A DNA stretch of 59,256 nucleotides, filler included. It is 7 parts of 7 records of this genome, joined end to end, with 100 filler letters (N's around TTAATTAATTAA, not from the genome) between each part and the next. Parts side by side here need not be neighbours in the genome. Positions count along the whole stretch, not along the records: positions 33,535 to 39,065 come from SRR31156797_35231; positions 39,166 to 52,666 come from SRR31156797_35243; 5 more parts are not named here. One strand, written 5' to 3'. Below, one piece after another: positions 38,054-48,320 of this stretch. A program made the position numbers and the translations under genes. The notes below the pieces were generated by a model, which saw nothing but the letters and a program-made list of their open reading frames with translations, had not been told where the DNA came from and searched no databases. Numbering within the stretch: the first letter of the stretch is position 1; each line of letters opens with the position of its first letter.

Positions 38054-39065
38054 TATTTATCTTCCTCCATAATTTCAGCCGTCGCCTTATGGCCGGTCAA
38101 ATCGTTAATCCATTTCCCCGAAAGCATCCGGGGCATACCCAGGACATTCTTGAAAAGCTCCTCGCTTCCGGCGAGGAAATAAACAAGGGGAACAGCCAGA
38201 CCCAGGTGAAGTCCGCCGATAAGGGTGATAGGTATCCCGATGGCCCAGACCCCCAGGAGGTCGAGCATCAGTCCCCAACGGGTATCCCCGCCGCCCCGAA
38301 AAATACCGACAACAATATGGATCGAAGTGGCCTTGAAAGGGAGCCAGATAGCCGTCAGCATCATAATCATGGCGGCGCTGTCTTTGACCGCCTGTTCCAC
38401 ATTAAAAAAGAGGGTCACCGGCCGGGCCACAGCCACAACCCCCAGCCCGATGAAGAGACCGATCACCGGCCCCAGGGCGAGAAACCGGAAACCGTACTCC
38501 CGGGCCTTTTTTTGATCCCCCTGGCCAATCACCTTACCGATCATCGCAGCGGCTGCATTGCTCGATCCCAGAAGCATAACAAAAAGCAGGTTTATCACCG
38601 TCTCGGCAATATTGATCGAAGCCAGAGCCTCGGTTCCCACACGGGCATAGATCGCCTTGTAAACAGTCATACCCCCGCCCCAGGCAATCTCGTTCAGAAT
38701 CACCGGAGCCGCTGTGGTCAGGTACCTCTTGACCAACCCCCTGTCGAAAGTCATAAGCTCCCGGAAAGAAGCAGCCGCCGGTGAGGCCTTCCGCCTCTCC
38801 GTTCCATTTTCAAAACCCTTTCGGGGTCGGTAGATAAGAAAAAGCAGAACCCCGAGTTCGATCCCCCGGGCAATCGTCGTTCCCAGAGCAGCCCCGGCCA
38901 CTCCCATGGCCGGGATAAAACCCATTCCGAAAATGAATATATAATTGAGGATAACGTTGAAAATCAGGGAAATAACTGTCGTGTAGAGTGGCAGACGCGC
39001 CTGCTCCACCGATCGCAGAACAATCGAATAGATAAATGAAAATGCCATAAAGAGGTAGCTTACAG
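38053..39065 (-). CDS. MATE family efflux transporter (5' truncated)
   Basis: NVILNYIFIFG...MGVAGAALGT and GIFRGGGDT. Confidence 0.9.
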
Positions 39066-39165
39066 NNNNNNNNNNNNNNNNNNNNNNNNNNNNNNNNNNN
39101 NNNNNNNNNTTAATTAATTAANNNNNNNNNNNNNNNNNNNNNNNNNNNNNNNNNNNNNNNNNNNN
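39066..39165. other. Artificial contig spacer
   Basis: N runs plus TTAATTAATTAA. Confidence 0.99.
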
Positions 39166-39329
39166 CGACCAATCCTGAAATTCTGCCAAGGGACCCTTTC
39201 AATCAACCTCCTGTATTCAAAAAAAACCCAGAATAACAACAGATTAACAATTTCCCTCGAATCCCCGTTACGACCTGCAATGCCTTTCAACGACGGCGCC
39301 CCGATGCCGCGCGCCGGTTCGGGACCGGC

Positions 39330-40127
39330 CTAAAGCGTGCTCGCCAAAAACTGCCGGCAGCGGTCGCTGTTCGGATTTTCGAAGACCTGTGACGGCGGCC
39401 CCTGTTCCTCGATCTTGCCTTCGTGCAGGAAAACGATCTCGTCCGAAACCTCGCGCGCGAATCCCATTTCATGGGTGACCATAATCATCGTCCGGCCTTC
39501 TTCGGCGAGATCGCGAATGACCTTCAGCACCTCGCCGACAAGCTCCGGATCGAGGGCCGACGTCGCCTCGTCGAACAGCAGCAATTTCGGCTCCATCGCC
39601 AGCGTCCGGGCGATCGCGCAGCGTTGCTGCTGCCCGCCGGAAAGCTGCGACGGATAATGATCGCGCTTGTCGCCGATGCCGACCTTGGCCAGCAGGGCCT
39701 CGGCTTTTTCGATCGCGACCTTCTTCGGCGTCTTCAGGACGTGGACCGGTGCCTCGATGACATTTTCCAGGATCGTCATGTGGGACCACAAATTGAAATT
39801 CTGGAAAACCATGCCGACCCGCGATCGGATGCGGTCGACCTGCTTCTGGCTGGCCGGCACCGAACTTCCGTCGGCAAGCCGGCGCATTTCGATCTCTTCG
39901 CCGGCAACCTCGATCCGTCCCGAATCGGGAATCTCGAGCAGGTTGATGCAGCGCAAAAACGTGCTCTTGCCCGATCCGCTGGACCCGATGATCGAAATGA
40001 CATCGTGTTCCTTGGCCCACAGGTCGATGCCCTTCAGCACCTCCAGATCGCCGAACCTCTTATGGATGTCGCGGACCGCCAGCGCCGGTTTTTTGTCGAT
40101 CAATTTTCCCTCAACTCCTGAATTCAA
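39330..40127 (-). CDS. Polar amino acid ABC transporter ATP-binding protein (HisP/OccP-like)
   Basis: GSSGSGKST, MVFQNFNLWSHMT, LSGGQQQR and FDEATSALDPELVGEVL. Confidence 0.93.
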   Translation of the reverse strand: MNSGVEGKLIDKKPALAVRDIHKRFGDLEVLKGIDLWAKEHDVISIIGSSGSGKSTFLRCINLLEIPDSGRIEVAGEEIEMRRLADGSSVPASQKQVDRIRSRVGMVFQNFNLWSHMTILENVIEAPVHVLKTPKKVAIEKAEALLAKVGIGDKRDHYPSQLSGGQQQRCAIARTLAMEPKLLLFDEATSALDPELVGEVLKVIRDLAEEGRTMIMVTHEMGFAREVSDEIVFLHEGKIEEQGPPSQVFENPNSDRCRQFLASTL

Positions 40128-40142
40128 CCCGCCGCATCGTTC

Positions 40143-41390
40143 TCAAGCGCCGGTCTCGATCTCCGTGTCCAGGCGTTCGATCAGCCGGTTGACATCGGCT
40201 TCGCTGTTGTAGTGCACCATGGACGCACGGATGACGCCATTCTGAGGCCTGACCCCGAGGGCGTCAATGCAGCGCGCCGCATAGAAATCCCCGGCCTTGA
40301 CCGCGATGCCGTCGTCCTGAAGGCGTCCGGCCACTTGCGCCGAATCGCGGCCGTCGACGACGAAGGAAAAAACGGATACCCGTTCATCGGCATTTCCGTT
40401 GGCGCGTCCGAACAGCCGAACCTTCGGGTTCGATGCCAGATAATCCGCCAATGGCGCCGCCAGGCGCGCTTCATGGTCGCAAAACAATTCGAACATGCGG
40501 GCTTGGCGTTGCCGCGCATCGACGACGCCGTCACCGAAATGATGCTCGTGCAAGGCGTCAAGATAATCCCGGATGCCGACGGCGCCGGCGGTCAATTCGT
40601 GGTTCGGCCCGCCGGGGCTCAGCATCAGGGCGGGATTGCCTTCGACGAAGTAATGGTTCTGGTTGCGCGCCTTCGTCAGATGATCGGGCTTGGCGTACAG
40701 CACCGCCGCGTGCGGCCCGAAGATCTTGTAGGCGCTGAACAGGAAAAAATCGACGTCGAGCGCACCGACATCGACCGGCCTGTGCGGCGTATAGGCGACG
40801 CCGTCGACGCAAACCAGGGCCCCGGCGTCGTGAACCAAACGCGTGATCGCGGCGACGTCGTAGATGGTGCCGACGATGTTGGAACATGCCGTGAAACAGA
40901 CCAGCCGGGTGTGATCGGTCAGAAGGCCGGCCAGATCCTCGGCCCGCAATTCGCCGGTCTGCGGGTCCATGCACCATTCCTTGATCGTCAGGCCGGTCTC
41001 GGCATAGCGCCGCCAGGCGCCGTTGTTGGCCTCGTGGTCCTGGTTGGTGACGATGATCTCGTCGCCTTCGGCAAACCACGGCCGCAAGGCGTTGGCCAGG
41101 ACGTAGACATTGTTGGTGGTCGAAGGGCCGACGACGATGTCGTCGGGACCGGCGCCGATCAGGCCGGCCAGAACCTCCTTGCCGGCCGAAATCCGTGCCG
41201 TCGCTTCACGTGACTGTGCAAATTCGGCGCCGTAATAGACCTGGCATTCCGCCATGTAGGCGCCGATGCGCCCGATCACCGTTTTCGGCACGAAGGTGCC
41301 GCCGGCGTTTTCGAAATAGGACCAGGAATCGTTCAGCGCCGGGAAAAACCGGCGCACGAAGTCGACATCCAGATTGACATTACCAGACAC
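40143..41390 (-). CDS. Aminotransferase class V / cysteine desulfurase-like protein
   Basis: GGAGG RBS and GTG at 41390. YFENAGG, DHEAN, VDGVAYTPH and PLP lysine FSAYKIFGPH. Confidence 0.88.
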   Translation of the reverse strand: MSGNVNLDVDFVRRFFPALNDSWSYFENAGGTFVPKTVIGRIGAYMAECQVYYGAEFAQSREATARISAGKEVLAGLIGAGPDDIVVGPSTTNNVYVLANALRPWFAEGDEIIVTNQDHEANNGAWRRYAETGLTIKEWCMDPQTGELRAEDLAGLLTDHTRLVCFTACSNIVGTIYDVAAITRLVHDAGALVCVDGVAYTPHRPVDVGALDVDFFLFSAYKIFGPHAAVLYAKPDHLTKARNQNHYFVEGNPALMLSPGGPNHELTAGAVGIRDYLDALHEHHFGDGVVDARQRQARMFELFCDHEARLAAPLADYLASNPKVRLFGRANGNADERVSVFSFVVDGRDSAQVAGRLQDDGIAVKAGDFYAARCIDALGVRPQNGVIRASMVHYNSEADVNRLIERLDTEIETGA

Positions 41391-41633
41391 GGCATTCCTC
41401 CAGTTTGGTGCGGGTTTGGCGAAGCTGCCCGTTCCCCGTCGTTCCTGCGCGAACCGGCCGTTGGCACGACCGCTTCGGCATCCTCTTCCCGCCGTTTGAG
41501 CAAATCCCGGCCGGTCACGCAAGGCCCCTCTTCTCGGTGTTTTTGCGAATTGGAATGATCCACCATGGGATTGGACACGTGCCGCTGAAATCGCTATATT
41601 TCCTATTGAACTTTGAAGGCAGTAAAAACCGCC

Positions 41634-42179
41634 ATGTTTGCCGACAATACCCTGACCCCGAAGGAAGCCATACGCCTCTGTGCCTTGGGCACGCTGGCGC
41701 TGGGTCCGTGTCGGTACGGCGGCCTTGCCAATGCCGTGCGTCACTTCACCGGCCATATGCTGGGTCCGTCGCTCGATCTCATGGGCACCTCGATCGAGCT
41801 TCTGAAATACGAAGGCCTGATCGAATCGGCCGGCAACGATTCCGATCCCAACGGCACCGAGCTTCGCATCAACGCCGACGGTCGCCGGGAACTGAACACG
41901 CTTCTGACCGCTGGCCTGCGGTCCGGCGCCGCCGAATTGAACAAGCTGGTGGTGGCGCTGAAGTTCCGCTTCCTGCATTTGCTCGACCGCGACGATCAGA
42001 TCGCCCAGGCCGACCTGCTGGTCGAGGTCTGCGAGAACGAACTGGCGCGCCTTGACGACCTTCGTCAGCACCATGCCGACGACGACGGTTTCGTCATCGC
42101 CTGGCTCGACCACGAAATCGGCCAGGCCGAAGCGCGCCTGGGCTGGCTCGAAAGCTTCCGCGACGGTCTGTCGAAATAA
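41634..42179 (+). CDS. Conserved winged-helix (PadR-like) protein
   Basis: Clean ORF from ATG at 41634. ELLKYEGLIE...INADGRREL wing and helical C-terminus ending WL. Confidence 0.6.
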   Translation: MFADNTLTPKEAIRLCALGTLALGPCRYGGLANAVRHFTGHMLGPSLDLMGTSIELLKYEGLIESAGNDSDPNGTELRINADGRRELNTLLTAGLRSGAAELNKLVVALKFRFLHLLDRDDQIAQADLLVEVCENELARLDDLRQHHADDDGFVIAWLDHEIGQAEARLGWLESFRDGLSK

Positions 42180-42204
42180 CCGGAATTAATATCGGAATTC
42201 AGCG

Positions 42205-42227
42205 GGCTGCCGTTCGGCGGCCTTTTT
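42205..42227 (+). terminator. Intrinsic terminator
   Basis: GGCTGCC-GTTC-GGCGGCC-TTTTT. Confidence 0.6.
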
Positions 42228-42717
42228 ATTTGGCGACCTTGTCGTAGACCAGGCCCAGCCCTTCCAGCAGGGCCTGCGCCTGCTGGCTGTCGGCATCCTT
42301 GATCTTGCCGCGGATGACGACGCCGACGGCATTAACGTATAGCGAAATGATCTCGATTTCCGTCGGGCTCGGTTCCTGTTCGATCTTTTCGATGTACCGG
42401 CACAACTGGTTGCAGATGGCGGTAATCAGCGGATAACCGAAGCTGCCGCCCTGGCCCTTCATGTCGTGGGCAATCAGGAATACGGCCTTCATGCGCTTTT
42501 TGCCGTTGCCCGGATCGGCTTTCAGGGCCTCGGTCGCCTTCATCAGGTTGGCCAAGTCCAGATCGGCAACCGCGACATATTTTTCGGCCAGGTTGGAGAT
42601 AACGGTTTCGGCTTTCTTGATGGCGCGCAGATCTTCGGCCGACGGGCCAAGCGCGCCGACTTTCGCTTTCAACGTACCGGGGGCCTTGATGAATTCGGCT
42701 TCGTCGTTTTCGGCCAT
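42226..42717 (-). CDS. Hpt (histidine phosphotransfer) domain protein
   Basis: AHDMKGQGGSFGYPLIT. Confidence 0.85.
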   Translation of the reverse strand: MAENDEAEFIKAPGTLKAKVGALGPSAEDLRAIKKAETVISNLAEKYVAVADLDLANLMKATEALKADPGNGKKRMKAVFLIAHDMKGQGGSFGYPLITAICNQLCRYIEKIEQEPSPTEIEIISLYVNAVGVVIRGKIKDADSQQAQALLEGLGLVYDKVAK

Positions 42718-42850
42718 GGTATCCGCGCCTCTTTAAGCAACCACAAGGGCAACCGGACCGATACATCCGATTGGCGTAACCAACCCTACACCGGAAGCCC
42801 TGAAAAAGGGTTAACGGCTTGACCGTATTTGGTGGCGGAAGGCAGGCGGT

Positions 42851-43741
42851 TCAATCGATCACGCCGAGGGATTCAAGAACCCGGCGCACCTCGGCCCGCC
42901 CCTCCGCCGACAGCGCCGGTTGCGGCGCCAGCGGCCGTCCGACCTCGAAGCCCATGATTTCGAGCCCACCCTTGATGCAGGCGGCCAGCGAATACTTGGC
43001 GAAAACCTGGTTGACCGACCACAGGCGGTGCTGCAGTTCCATCGCCTCGGTCCACGACCGGGCCCGGCAAAGATCGTATAGGCGAACGCTCAGTTCCGGC
43101 ACCAGGCAGGCCGGCCCGGCCATCCATCCGGCACCCCCGATCATCATCACGCAGGCCGGAATGTGCGACGACGCCGCGAAGATGCCCAGGCGCCCCTCGA
43201 CCGCGTTCAGAATCGACAGCAGGCGCCCGGTATTGGTCGAGGCGTCCTTGAGGTGGGTGATGTTGGCTACGTGCGACAGCCGCTCGATGACCGGCAGCGA
43301 AAGGTCCGAACGCTGGAAATTGGGGTTGGTGTACAGCACCACCGGGCACGACACGGTATCGGCAATGGCACGGAAATAGGCCTCGACGCCGGCATCGTCG
43401 ATTGGGAAATATGCTTCCAGAACGGCCAAAATGCCATCCACACCCATGGCTTGATAGGCACTTGCCTGGGCAACGGCGTCGGCGATCGTCGTCGCCGCGA
43501 CACCGGCCACCACCGGGACCCGCCCATTGGCGGCTTCGACGACGGTGCGAACGATTTCGGCCCGCTGGTCGCGATCCAGATAGGCGAATTCCCCGGTGCT
43601 TCCCAATGGCGTCAGCCCATGCACGCCCCGCTCGATCAGATAGTCGACCAAATCGGCAAGGACGCCGGAATTGACCCTTCCGTCATCGCCGATGGGCGAC
43701 ACCAGATAAGGGAATACCCCGTGGAAACCCGTCTCGATCAT
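42851..43741 (-). CDS. Dihydrodipicolinate synthase family lyase
   Basis: LGSTGEF, VVLYTNP and Schiff-base lysine LKDAS. Confidence 0.92.
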   Translation of the reverse strand: MIETGFHGVFPYLVSPIGDDGRVNSGVLADLVDYLIERGVHGLTPLGSTGEFAYLDRDQRAEIVRTVVEAANGRVPVVAGVAATTIADAVAQASAYQAMGVDGILAVLEAYFPIDDAGVEAYFRAIADTVSCPVVLYTNPNFQRSDLSLPVIERLSHVANITHLKDASTNTGRLLSILNAVEGRLGIFAASSHIPACVMMIGGAGWMAGPACLVPELSVRLYDLCRARSWTEAMELQHRLWSVNQVFAKYSLAACIKGGLEIMGFEVGRPLAPQPALSAEGRAEVRRVLESLGVID

Positions 43742-43777
43742 CGAACCCTCCCGGTCAATCCTTTCAAAGCTGGCCTT

Positions 43778-44215
43778 TCAAAGCAGGCCCAGCGCCTTGA
43801 GCTCCGACACCATCTCGGGCGGCAGGTCGCCGTTTCCGGTCGGCCGCCCGGCGACATCCGGCGGTGCCTTTTCCGCCGGCAGATAGCGCCATCCCTGGAA
43901 CGGCCGGGCCGGGCGCAGTTCGGTCCGGACCAGTTGCGGACCCAGGACCAGTCCGCAGGCGGGCCGCCCTTCGGCATTCGTGCATTCCTCGCAGGCCAGA
44001 ATGCGCTGGCGGACGGCGATAAATCCGCGCACCACCCAATAGAGCGAGCCGTCCTCGCACAATTCGGCGGCGCGGCGCGGCCGGTTTCGGGTGACATGAC
44101 GCAGCACTTCGGCTTCGCCCATTTCGCGGGCGCGCTCCAGCCTGGCTTTCTGCAATGCTGCCAGATGCCGAACGCTATCGACCCCGACGCACATCTTGAC
44201 CAGGTGAACGGTCAT
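43778..44215 (-). CDS. DUF1489 family protein
   Basis: MTVHLVKMCVG, GSLYWV and RPFQGWRYL. ATG overlaps the RidA stop. Confidence 0.88.
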   Translation of the reverse strand: MTVHLVKMCVGVDSVRHLAALQKARLERAREMGEAEVLRHVTRNRPRRAAELCEDGSLYWVVRGFIAVRQRILACEECTNAEGRPACGLVLGPQLVRTELRPARPFQGWRYLPAEKAPPDVAGRPTGNGDLPPEMVSELKALGLL

Positions 44216-44613
44216 GATTTCGGAACCGGCGAAACCGTTCGTCTCGCCGTCACCTCGATTTCCACCTTCATGCGTTCGTCGACCAGCGCGCTGACCACCG
44301 TCGTGTTGGCCGGCCGGATACCGCGGAAAGCGGCGCCGAGAATGGGTGCGAGCGCCTCGAAATCGCTTCTTTCGGCCAAAAAAACGCGAACCCGCACGAC
44401 GTCCGCCATGTCCGCGCCGGCCTTCCGCAAGGCTGCCTCTATGTTGCGCAAGGCCTGTTCGGCCTGTTCTTCGATGGAGACCGCAATGGTTCCGGCGGCG
44501 TAGTCGAAACCGGTGGTGCCGGAAACGAACACCCAATCGCCGTCGACGACGGCACGGGAATAGCCGGCCAGTTCCTCGAAGGAAGACCCCGATGAAATCA
44601 GTTTACGCACCAT
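44212..44613 (-). CDS. RidA family protein
   Basis: GYSRAV..GDWVFVSGTTG, RPANT and KVEIEVTA. Confidence 0.92.
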   Translation of the reverse strand: MVRKLISSGSSFEELAGYSRAVVDGDWVFVSGTTGFDYAAGTIAVSIEEQAEQALRNIEAALRKAGADMADVVRVRVFLAERSDFEALAPILGAAFRGIRPANTTVVSALVDERMKVEIEVTARRTVSPVPKS

Positions 44614-44776
44614 CCGCCGTCAATCCTCGGTAACGCCTCGTTCCTTGCAGGCCCGATGCTGGCGCTTTCCAGTCCGGCTGTAAAGCCCGCCCCTTGATGC
44701 TCTCTATTAATTGGGGATTTAAGGCGTTTTCGCCGCTTCCGAACCGGCCTGAAGATCGCCTGCCAGCCCTTCTTTT

Positions 44777-44848
44777 ATGAACGCACGTTCATTTTAATTA
44801 TTGACACATTCACCATCTCATCCCATTATTATGAACGTATGTTCGTAA
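44777..44848 (+). promoter_or_regulatory. Promoter 1 with paired palindromic operators (ATGAAC-N4-GTTCAT)
   Basis: ATGAACGCACGTTCAT (44777-44792), TTGACA (44801-44806) and TTATGAACGTATGTTCGTAA (44829-44848). Confidence 0.75.
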
Positions 44849-44866
44849 CTATGAAGGCAGAACGAG

Positions 44867-45256
44867 ATGCCCCGCCCGACCAAACCGCGCTGGGTCGAAT
44901 GCCATCCGGTGGCGGATTTTTTCGTGCCGCGCGGCGTTCCGCTCGAACGGCTCGAGGGCACCGTCCTTCCCGTCGAAGGGCTGGAGGCCTTACGCCTCGC
45001 CGACGCCGAAGGTTTCGACCACGAAACCGCCGCCGCCTTGATGGGGGTTTCGCGACCGACCTTTTCCCGGATCCTGGCCGATGCCCGCGCCGCCGTCGCC
45101 AATGCCTTGGTCAACGGCTGGGCGCTTCGCATCTCCGGCGGCGACTTCCGCATTGCCGGAGATGGAGCCCGCCAACCGGGACACCATGGCGGTCGTCGCG
45201 GCAAGGGAATGGGGCGCCGTCGTGCCGCCTTCGGACGGGCCCGCGGGGAACCGTGA
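44867..45256 (+). CDS. DUF134 (UPF0251) HTH protein
   Basis: MPRP...F.PRG.P...EALRLAD.EG....AA..MGVSRPTF.RIL..AR..VA.ALV.G..LRI.GG. Confidence 0.92.
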   Translation: MPRPTKPRWVECHPVADFFVPRGVPLERLEGTVLPVEGLEALRLADAEGFDHETAAALMGVSRPTFSRILADARAAVANALVNGWALRISGGDFRIAGDGARQPGHHGGRRGKGMGRRRAAFGRARGEP

Positions 45257-45285
45257 AGGGCCCGCCTCCAACCAGGAGAAAAAAG

Positions 45286-45624
45286 ATGCCGAATTTTGAC
45301 AGAACCGGCCCCGAGGGGCTTGGATCCATGACCGGACGTGCCGCCGGTCCGTGCGGCGGCAATGCGACGGCCAGAATTGGCAATCGGCCCAGGGCCGGGC
45401 GCCGTAGCGGTCGTGGCCGAGGCCGTGGACGCGGCTTCGGCGGTTTTCAGGCGGTCGATCCCGCCTTCGATTCCATCGAAACCGTCGCCCCCCTGACCGA
45501 AGCGGAAAAGCGTCGGGCACTTAAGGCCGAGCGCAACCGCCTGAAGGCGATGCTGCGCGAGGTCGAAGAAAAATTGCAGGGAAAAGCGCCGCCGCAGGCT
45601 TCCGAAACCGACGAGACGGGCTGA
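45286..45624 (+). CDS. DUF5320 family protein
   Basis: AGGAG RBS. MPNFDRTGPEGLGSMTGRAAGPCG, a GR-rich stretch and a C-terminal coiled coil. Confidence 0.85.
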   Translation: MPNFDRTGPEGLGSMTGRAAGPCGGNATARIGNRPRAGRRSGRGRGRGRGFGGFQAVDPAFDSIETVAPLTEAEKRRALKAERNRLKAMLREVEEKLQGKAPPQASETDETG

Positions 45625-45721
45625 AATCCAGCCTTCCGCCACTGCGCCGGCAATTTCAGCGGGGCCCCCATCCCCGCCGGCCGGCGCAGACCGGGGCAAG
45701 CCTGAAACAAAGAATCCGATA

Positions 45722-45791
45722 ATGATCCGATGATTGATATTTACCTGGACAGAAAACAGGTTCAGAATATATGTTTCAATCATTCGATCAT
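45722..45791 (+). promoter_or_regulatory. Promoter 2 with paired operators (ATGATC-N4-GATCAT variant)
   Basis: ATGATCCGATGATTGA (45722-45737), TGGACA (45746-45751) and TCAATCATTCGATCAT (45776-45791). Spacing is the same as promoter 1. Confidence 0.6.
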
Positions 45792-45811
45792 AATTGAGAA
45801 GGCCGATTTTG

Positions 45812-46504
45812 ATGCCCAGACCGCGCAAGTGCCGCCGCGTAGCCGCCCCTCCCGGCGTCGTCAGTTTCAAGCCGCGGGGCATCCCCATGCGGGAACTGCA
45901 GGAAATCTATCTTTCCCATGAAGGGTTCGAAGCCCTGCGCCTGACCGATATCGAAGGCCTCAATCAGTCCGAGGCGGCCCAGCAGATGGGCATCTCGCGG
46001 CAGACCTACGGCCGGGTGCTTGCCGCCGCCAGGCAGTCCGTTTCGCGCGCCGTTATCGAAGGCAAGGCCTTGTCCGTCGAAGGGGGCGATTTCGAAATCG
46101 ATTCCGAAAACAAATCCGTCCAACCACCACGAGGACAAAAACAAGAAGGAAAAAAGGAAATGAACCTGATCGCCGTCACCGCCGAGGGCAACACCCTCGA
46201 GTCCTCCGTCGACCCGCGTTTCGGGCGGGCCGCCGGGTTCATCCTCTATGACGCCGACAACAACACTTTCCGCCACCTGTCCAATGCCGAAACCGCCGCC
46301 GTCGCCGGCGGGGCCGGCATCAAGGCGGTCCAGACGATCGCCGATGCTGGCGTCCGGGTCCTGCTGACAGGGGCCGTCGGGCCGAAAGCGATGAGTGCCC
46401 TGGAAGCCGCCGGCATCCAGGTCGTCCAGGGCAATAACGGCCTGACGGTAAACGAGGCCATTGCCCAATTCACCGCAATCGGCGAACCCGTTCAATCGGA
46501 GTAA
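45812..46504 (+). CDS. DUF134 HTH fused in frame to NifB/NifX-family (MTH1175/ORP-like) domain
   Basis: MPRPRKCR...EALRL.D.EG...MGISRQT, then IAVTAEG...VDPRFGRA..F...GAGIKA...LTGAVGPKA. Internal RBS plus ATG at 46160. Confidence 0.88.
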   Translation: MPRPRKCRRVAAPPGVVSFKPRGIPMRELQEIYLSHEGFEALRLTDIEGLNQSEAAQQMGISRQTYGRVLAAARQSVSRAVIEGKALSVEGGDFEIDSENKSVQPPRGQKQEGKKEMNLIAVTAEGNTLESSVDPRFGRAAGFILYDADNNTFRHLSNAETAAVAGGAGIKAVQTIADAGVRVLLTGAVGPKAMSALEAAGIQVVQGNNGLTVNEAIAQFTAIGEPVQSE

Positions 46505-46509
46505 CCCAG

Positions 46510-47394
46510 ATGATCGTCGCGATTGCCAGCGGCAAGGGCGGCACCGGAAAAACCCTCGTTACCGCCGCCCTGGCCAGAACATGGCCGGATCCGGTGATTG
46601 CGGCGGACCTGGATGTCGAGGCGCCCAATCTTCATCTGCTGCTGGAACCGGATACCGACACCGTTGGCGAGGCCCGCATCGAAGTCCCCAAGGCCGAACC
46701 GGAACTCTGCAACGGATGCGGCGAATGCGCCCGTTTGTGCCAGTTTCGGGCGATCGCCGTATTCGGCACCTTTCCGGCCGTTTTTGCCGACATGTGCCAC
46801 GGGTGCGGAGGCTGTCTCGCGATCTGTCCGACCGGCGCCCTGACTCCCGATTTCCGGCCCCTTGGCGAAGTCCGCCGCGGACATTGCGACAACGGCCTTT
46901 TCCTGATGGGTCGAATGCGTATCGGCGAAGCCATGAGCCCGCCCCTGATCCGGGACGTCCAGGCCCATCTTCGCCACATGGTGGCGGAAACCGGACGCGA
47001 TGCCTTGCTCGACTGCCCGCCCGGCGCCAGTTGTCCGGCCGTCACGGCGGTCGGTCCGGCCGACATCGTCCTGTTCGTCACCGAACCGACACCGTTCGGC
47101 CTGCACGACCTCAAGCGCGTCCGCCAAGCCTTCGCCGGCCTCGGCAAAGCCATGGCCGTCGTCATCAACCGGGCCGGTATCGGCGATGGCCGGGTCAGGG
47201 ATTACTGCCGGGTTACGGGCCTGCCGGTCCTGGCCGAAATTCCCTTCGATCGGGAAATCGCCGGCGCCGAAGACGCGCGTACCCAGGTCCGCGCCCTGAT
47301 CGACCGGCACGGCTCGGCAATCGCCAGGATGATAACCGCTCTTCACCGCCTGGCCGACGGCACCGCCGTCGACAAGGAGGCCGTCCATGCCTGA
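46510..47394 (+). CDS. MinD-superfamily P-loop ATPase with inserted 2x[4Fe-4S] ferredoxin (COG1149 type)
   Basis: ASGKGGTGKT, DLDVEAPN, CNGCGEC...C, CHGCGGC..ICP, DCPPG and TEPTPFGLHDL. Confidence 0.92.
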   Translation: MIVAIASGKGGTGKTLVTAALARTWPDPVIAADLDVEAPNLHLLLEPDTDTVGEARIEVPKAEPELCNGCGECARLCQFRAIAVFGTFPAVFADMCHGCGGCLAICPTGALTPDFRPLGEVRRGHCDNGLFLMGRMRIGEAMSPPLIRDVQAHLRHMVAETGRDALLDCPPGASCPAVTAVGPADIVLFVTEPTPFGLHDLKRVRQAFAGLGKAMAVVINRAGIGDGRVRDYCRVTGLPVLAEIPFDREIAGAEDARTQVRALIDRHGSAIARMITALHRLADGTAVDKEAVHA

Positions 47395-48274
47395 GATCCT
47401 CGTTGTCAGCGGCAAAGGCGGAACCGGCAAGACGACCGTAACCGCCGCCTTTGCCCAATTGGCCGGCGGCGCGGTGATTTGCGACCTTGACGTCGATACC
47501 CCCGACCTGCATCTCATCCTTGCACCTGCCGTTCGGGAAAGCTGGGATTTCCACGCCGGCCATCGGGCCGAGATCGACGGCAATCTGTGCGACGGCTGCG
47601 GCGCCTGTTTCGACGTCTGCCGGTTTGACGCCATCAATGCCGATGACGGCGTCTATCGCATCGATCCCGTTTCGTGTGAAGGGTGCAAGGTCTGCGCCAC
47701 CGCCTGCCCGGCCGATGCCATCCGCTTCATACAACCCCGGCGCGGCCGCCGATACCGATCGACGACGCGCTTCGGGCCGATGGTTCACGCCCAGATATTC
47801 CCGGGAGAGGAAAACTCCGGCCTTCTGGTCTCGCTGCTTCGCGACGAGGCCCGCGCCGTCGCCGAAAGTCGCGGCAACGGGCTGATTCTATCGGACGGCG
47901 CGCCCGGCATCGGCTGCCCGGTCATCGCCTCGCTGACCGGTGTCGATCTGGCGGTCGCCGTTTGCGAACCCAGCCCGGCCGGCCGTCACGACCTGGAACG
48001 CATCGCCAATCTGGCCGACCATTTCCGCATTCCCGTCGCCGTCGTTCTCAACAAGGCCGACATCAATGTGCCGCAGCGGGCCGCGGTTCTGCGGTTCTGC
48101 GCCTTGCGGAAATTACCCGTCATTGCCGAAGTCCCCTTCGATCTTGCCGCCGTCGACGCCATGGTTCACGGCCGGACGGTCATCGAACAAGGCGCCGAGA
48201 CCCTGGCCGCGCCGTTGCGCACCGCCTGGGCCGAAATCAACCGAATGACCGCGGCAACGGTCGCCGCGGCGTAA
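47387..48274 (+). CDS. Second MinD-superfamily ferredoxin-containing ATPase (COG1149 type)
   Basis: SGKGGTGKTT, DLDVD.PDLHL, CDGCGAC, CEGCKVC..ACP, GEENSG and DG.PGIGCPVIAS. Confidence 0.92.
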   Translation: MPEILVVSGKGGTGKTTVTAAFAQLAGGAVICDLDVDTPDLHLILAPAVRESWDFHAGHRAEIDGNLCDGCGACFDVCRFDAINADDGVYRIDPVSCEGCKVCATACPADAIRFIQPRRGRRYRSTTRFGPMVHAQIFPGEENSGLLVSLLRDEARAVAESRGNGLILSDGAPGIGCPVIASLTGVDLAVAVCEPSPAGRHDLERIANLADHFRIPVAVVLNKADINVPQRAAVLRFCALRKLPVIAEVPFDLAAVDAMVHGRTVIEQGAETLAAPLRTAWAEINRMTAATVAAA

Positions 48275-48320
48275 GCACACGAAAACCGATTAAAAGAAAA
48301 CCCAAGAAAGGAAACGTTAC

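Noticed and set aside
41391-42113. 656-aa extended version of the aminotransferase ORF
   Set aside because: The extension is the antisense of the plus-strand gene at 41634-42179. The real start is GTG 41390 with a GGAGG RBS.
43163-44503. Long plus-strand ORF (446 aa) and many similar overlapping ORFs in GC-rich contigs
   Set aside because: Antisense or alternate-frame shadows of well-supported genes, with no motifs.
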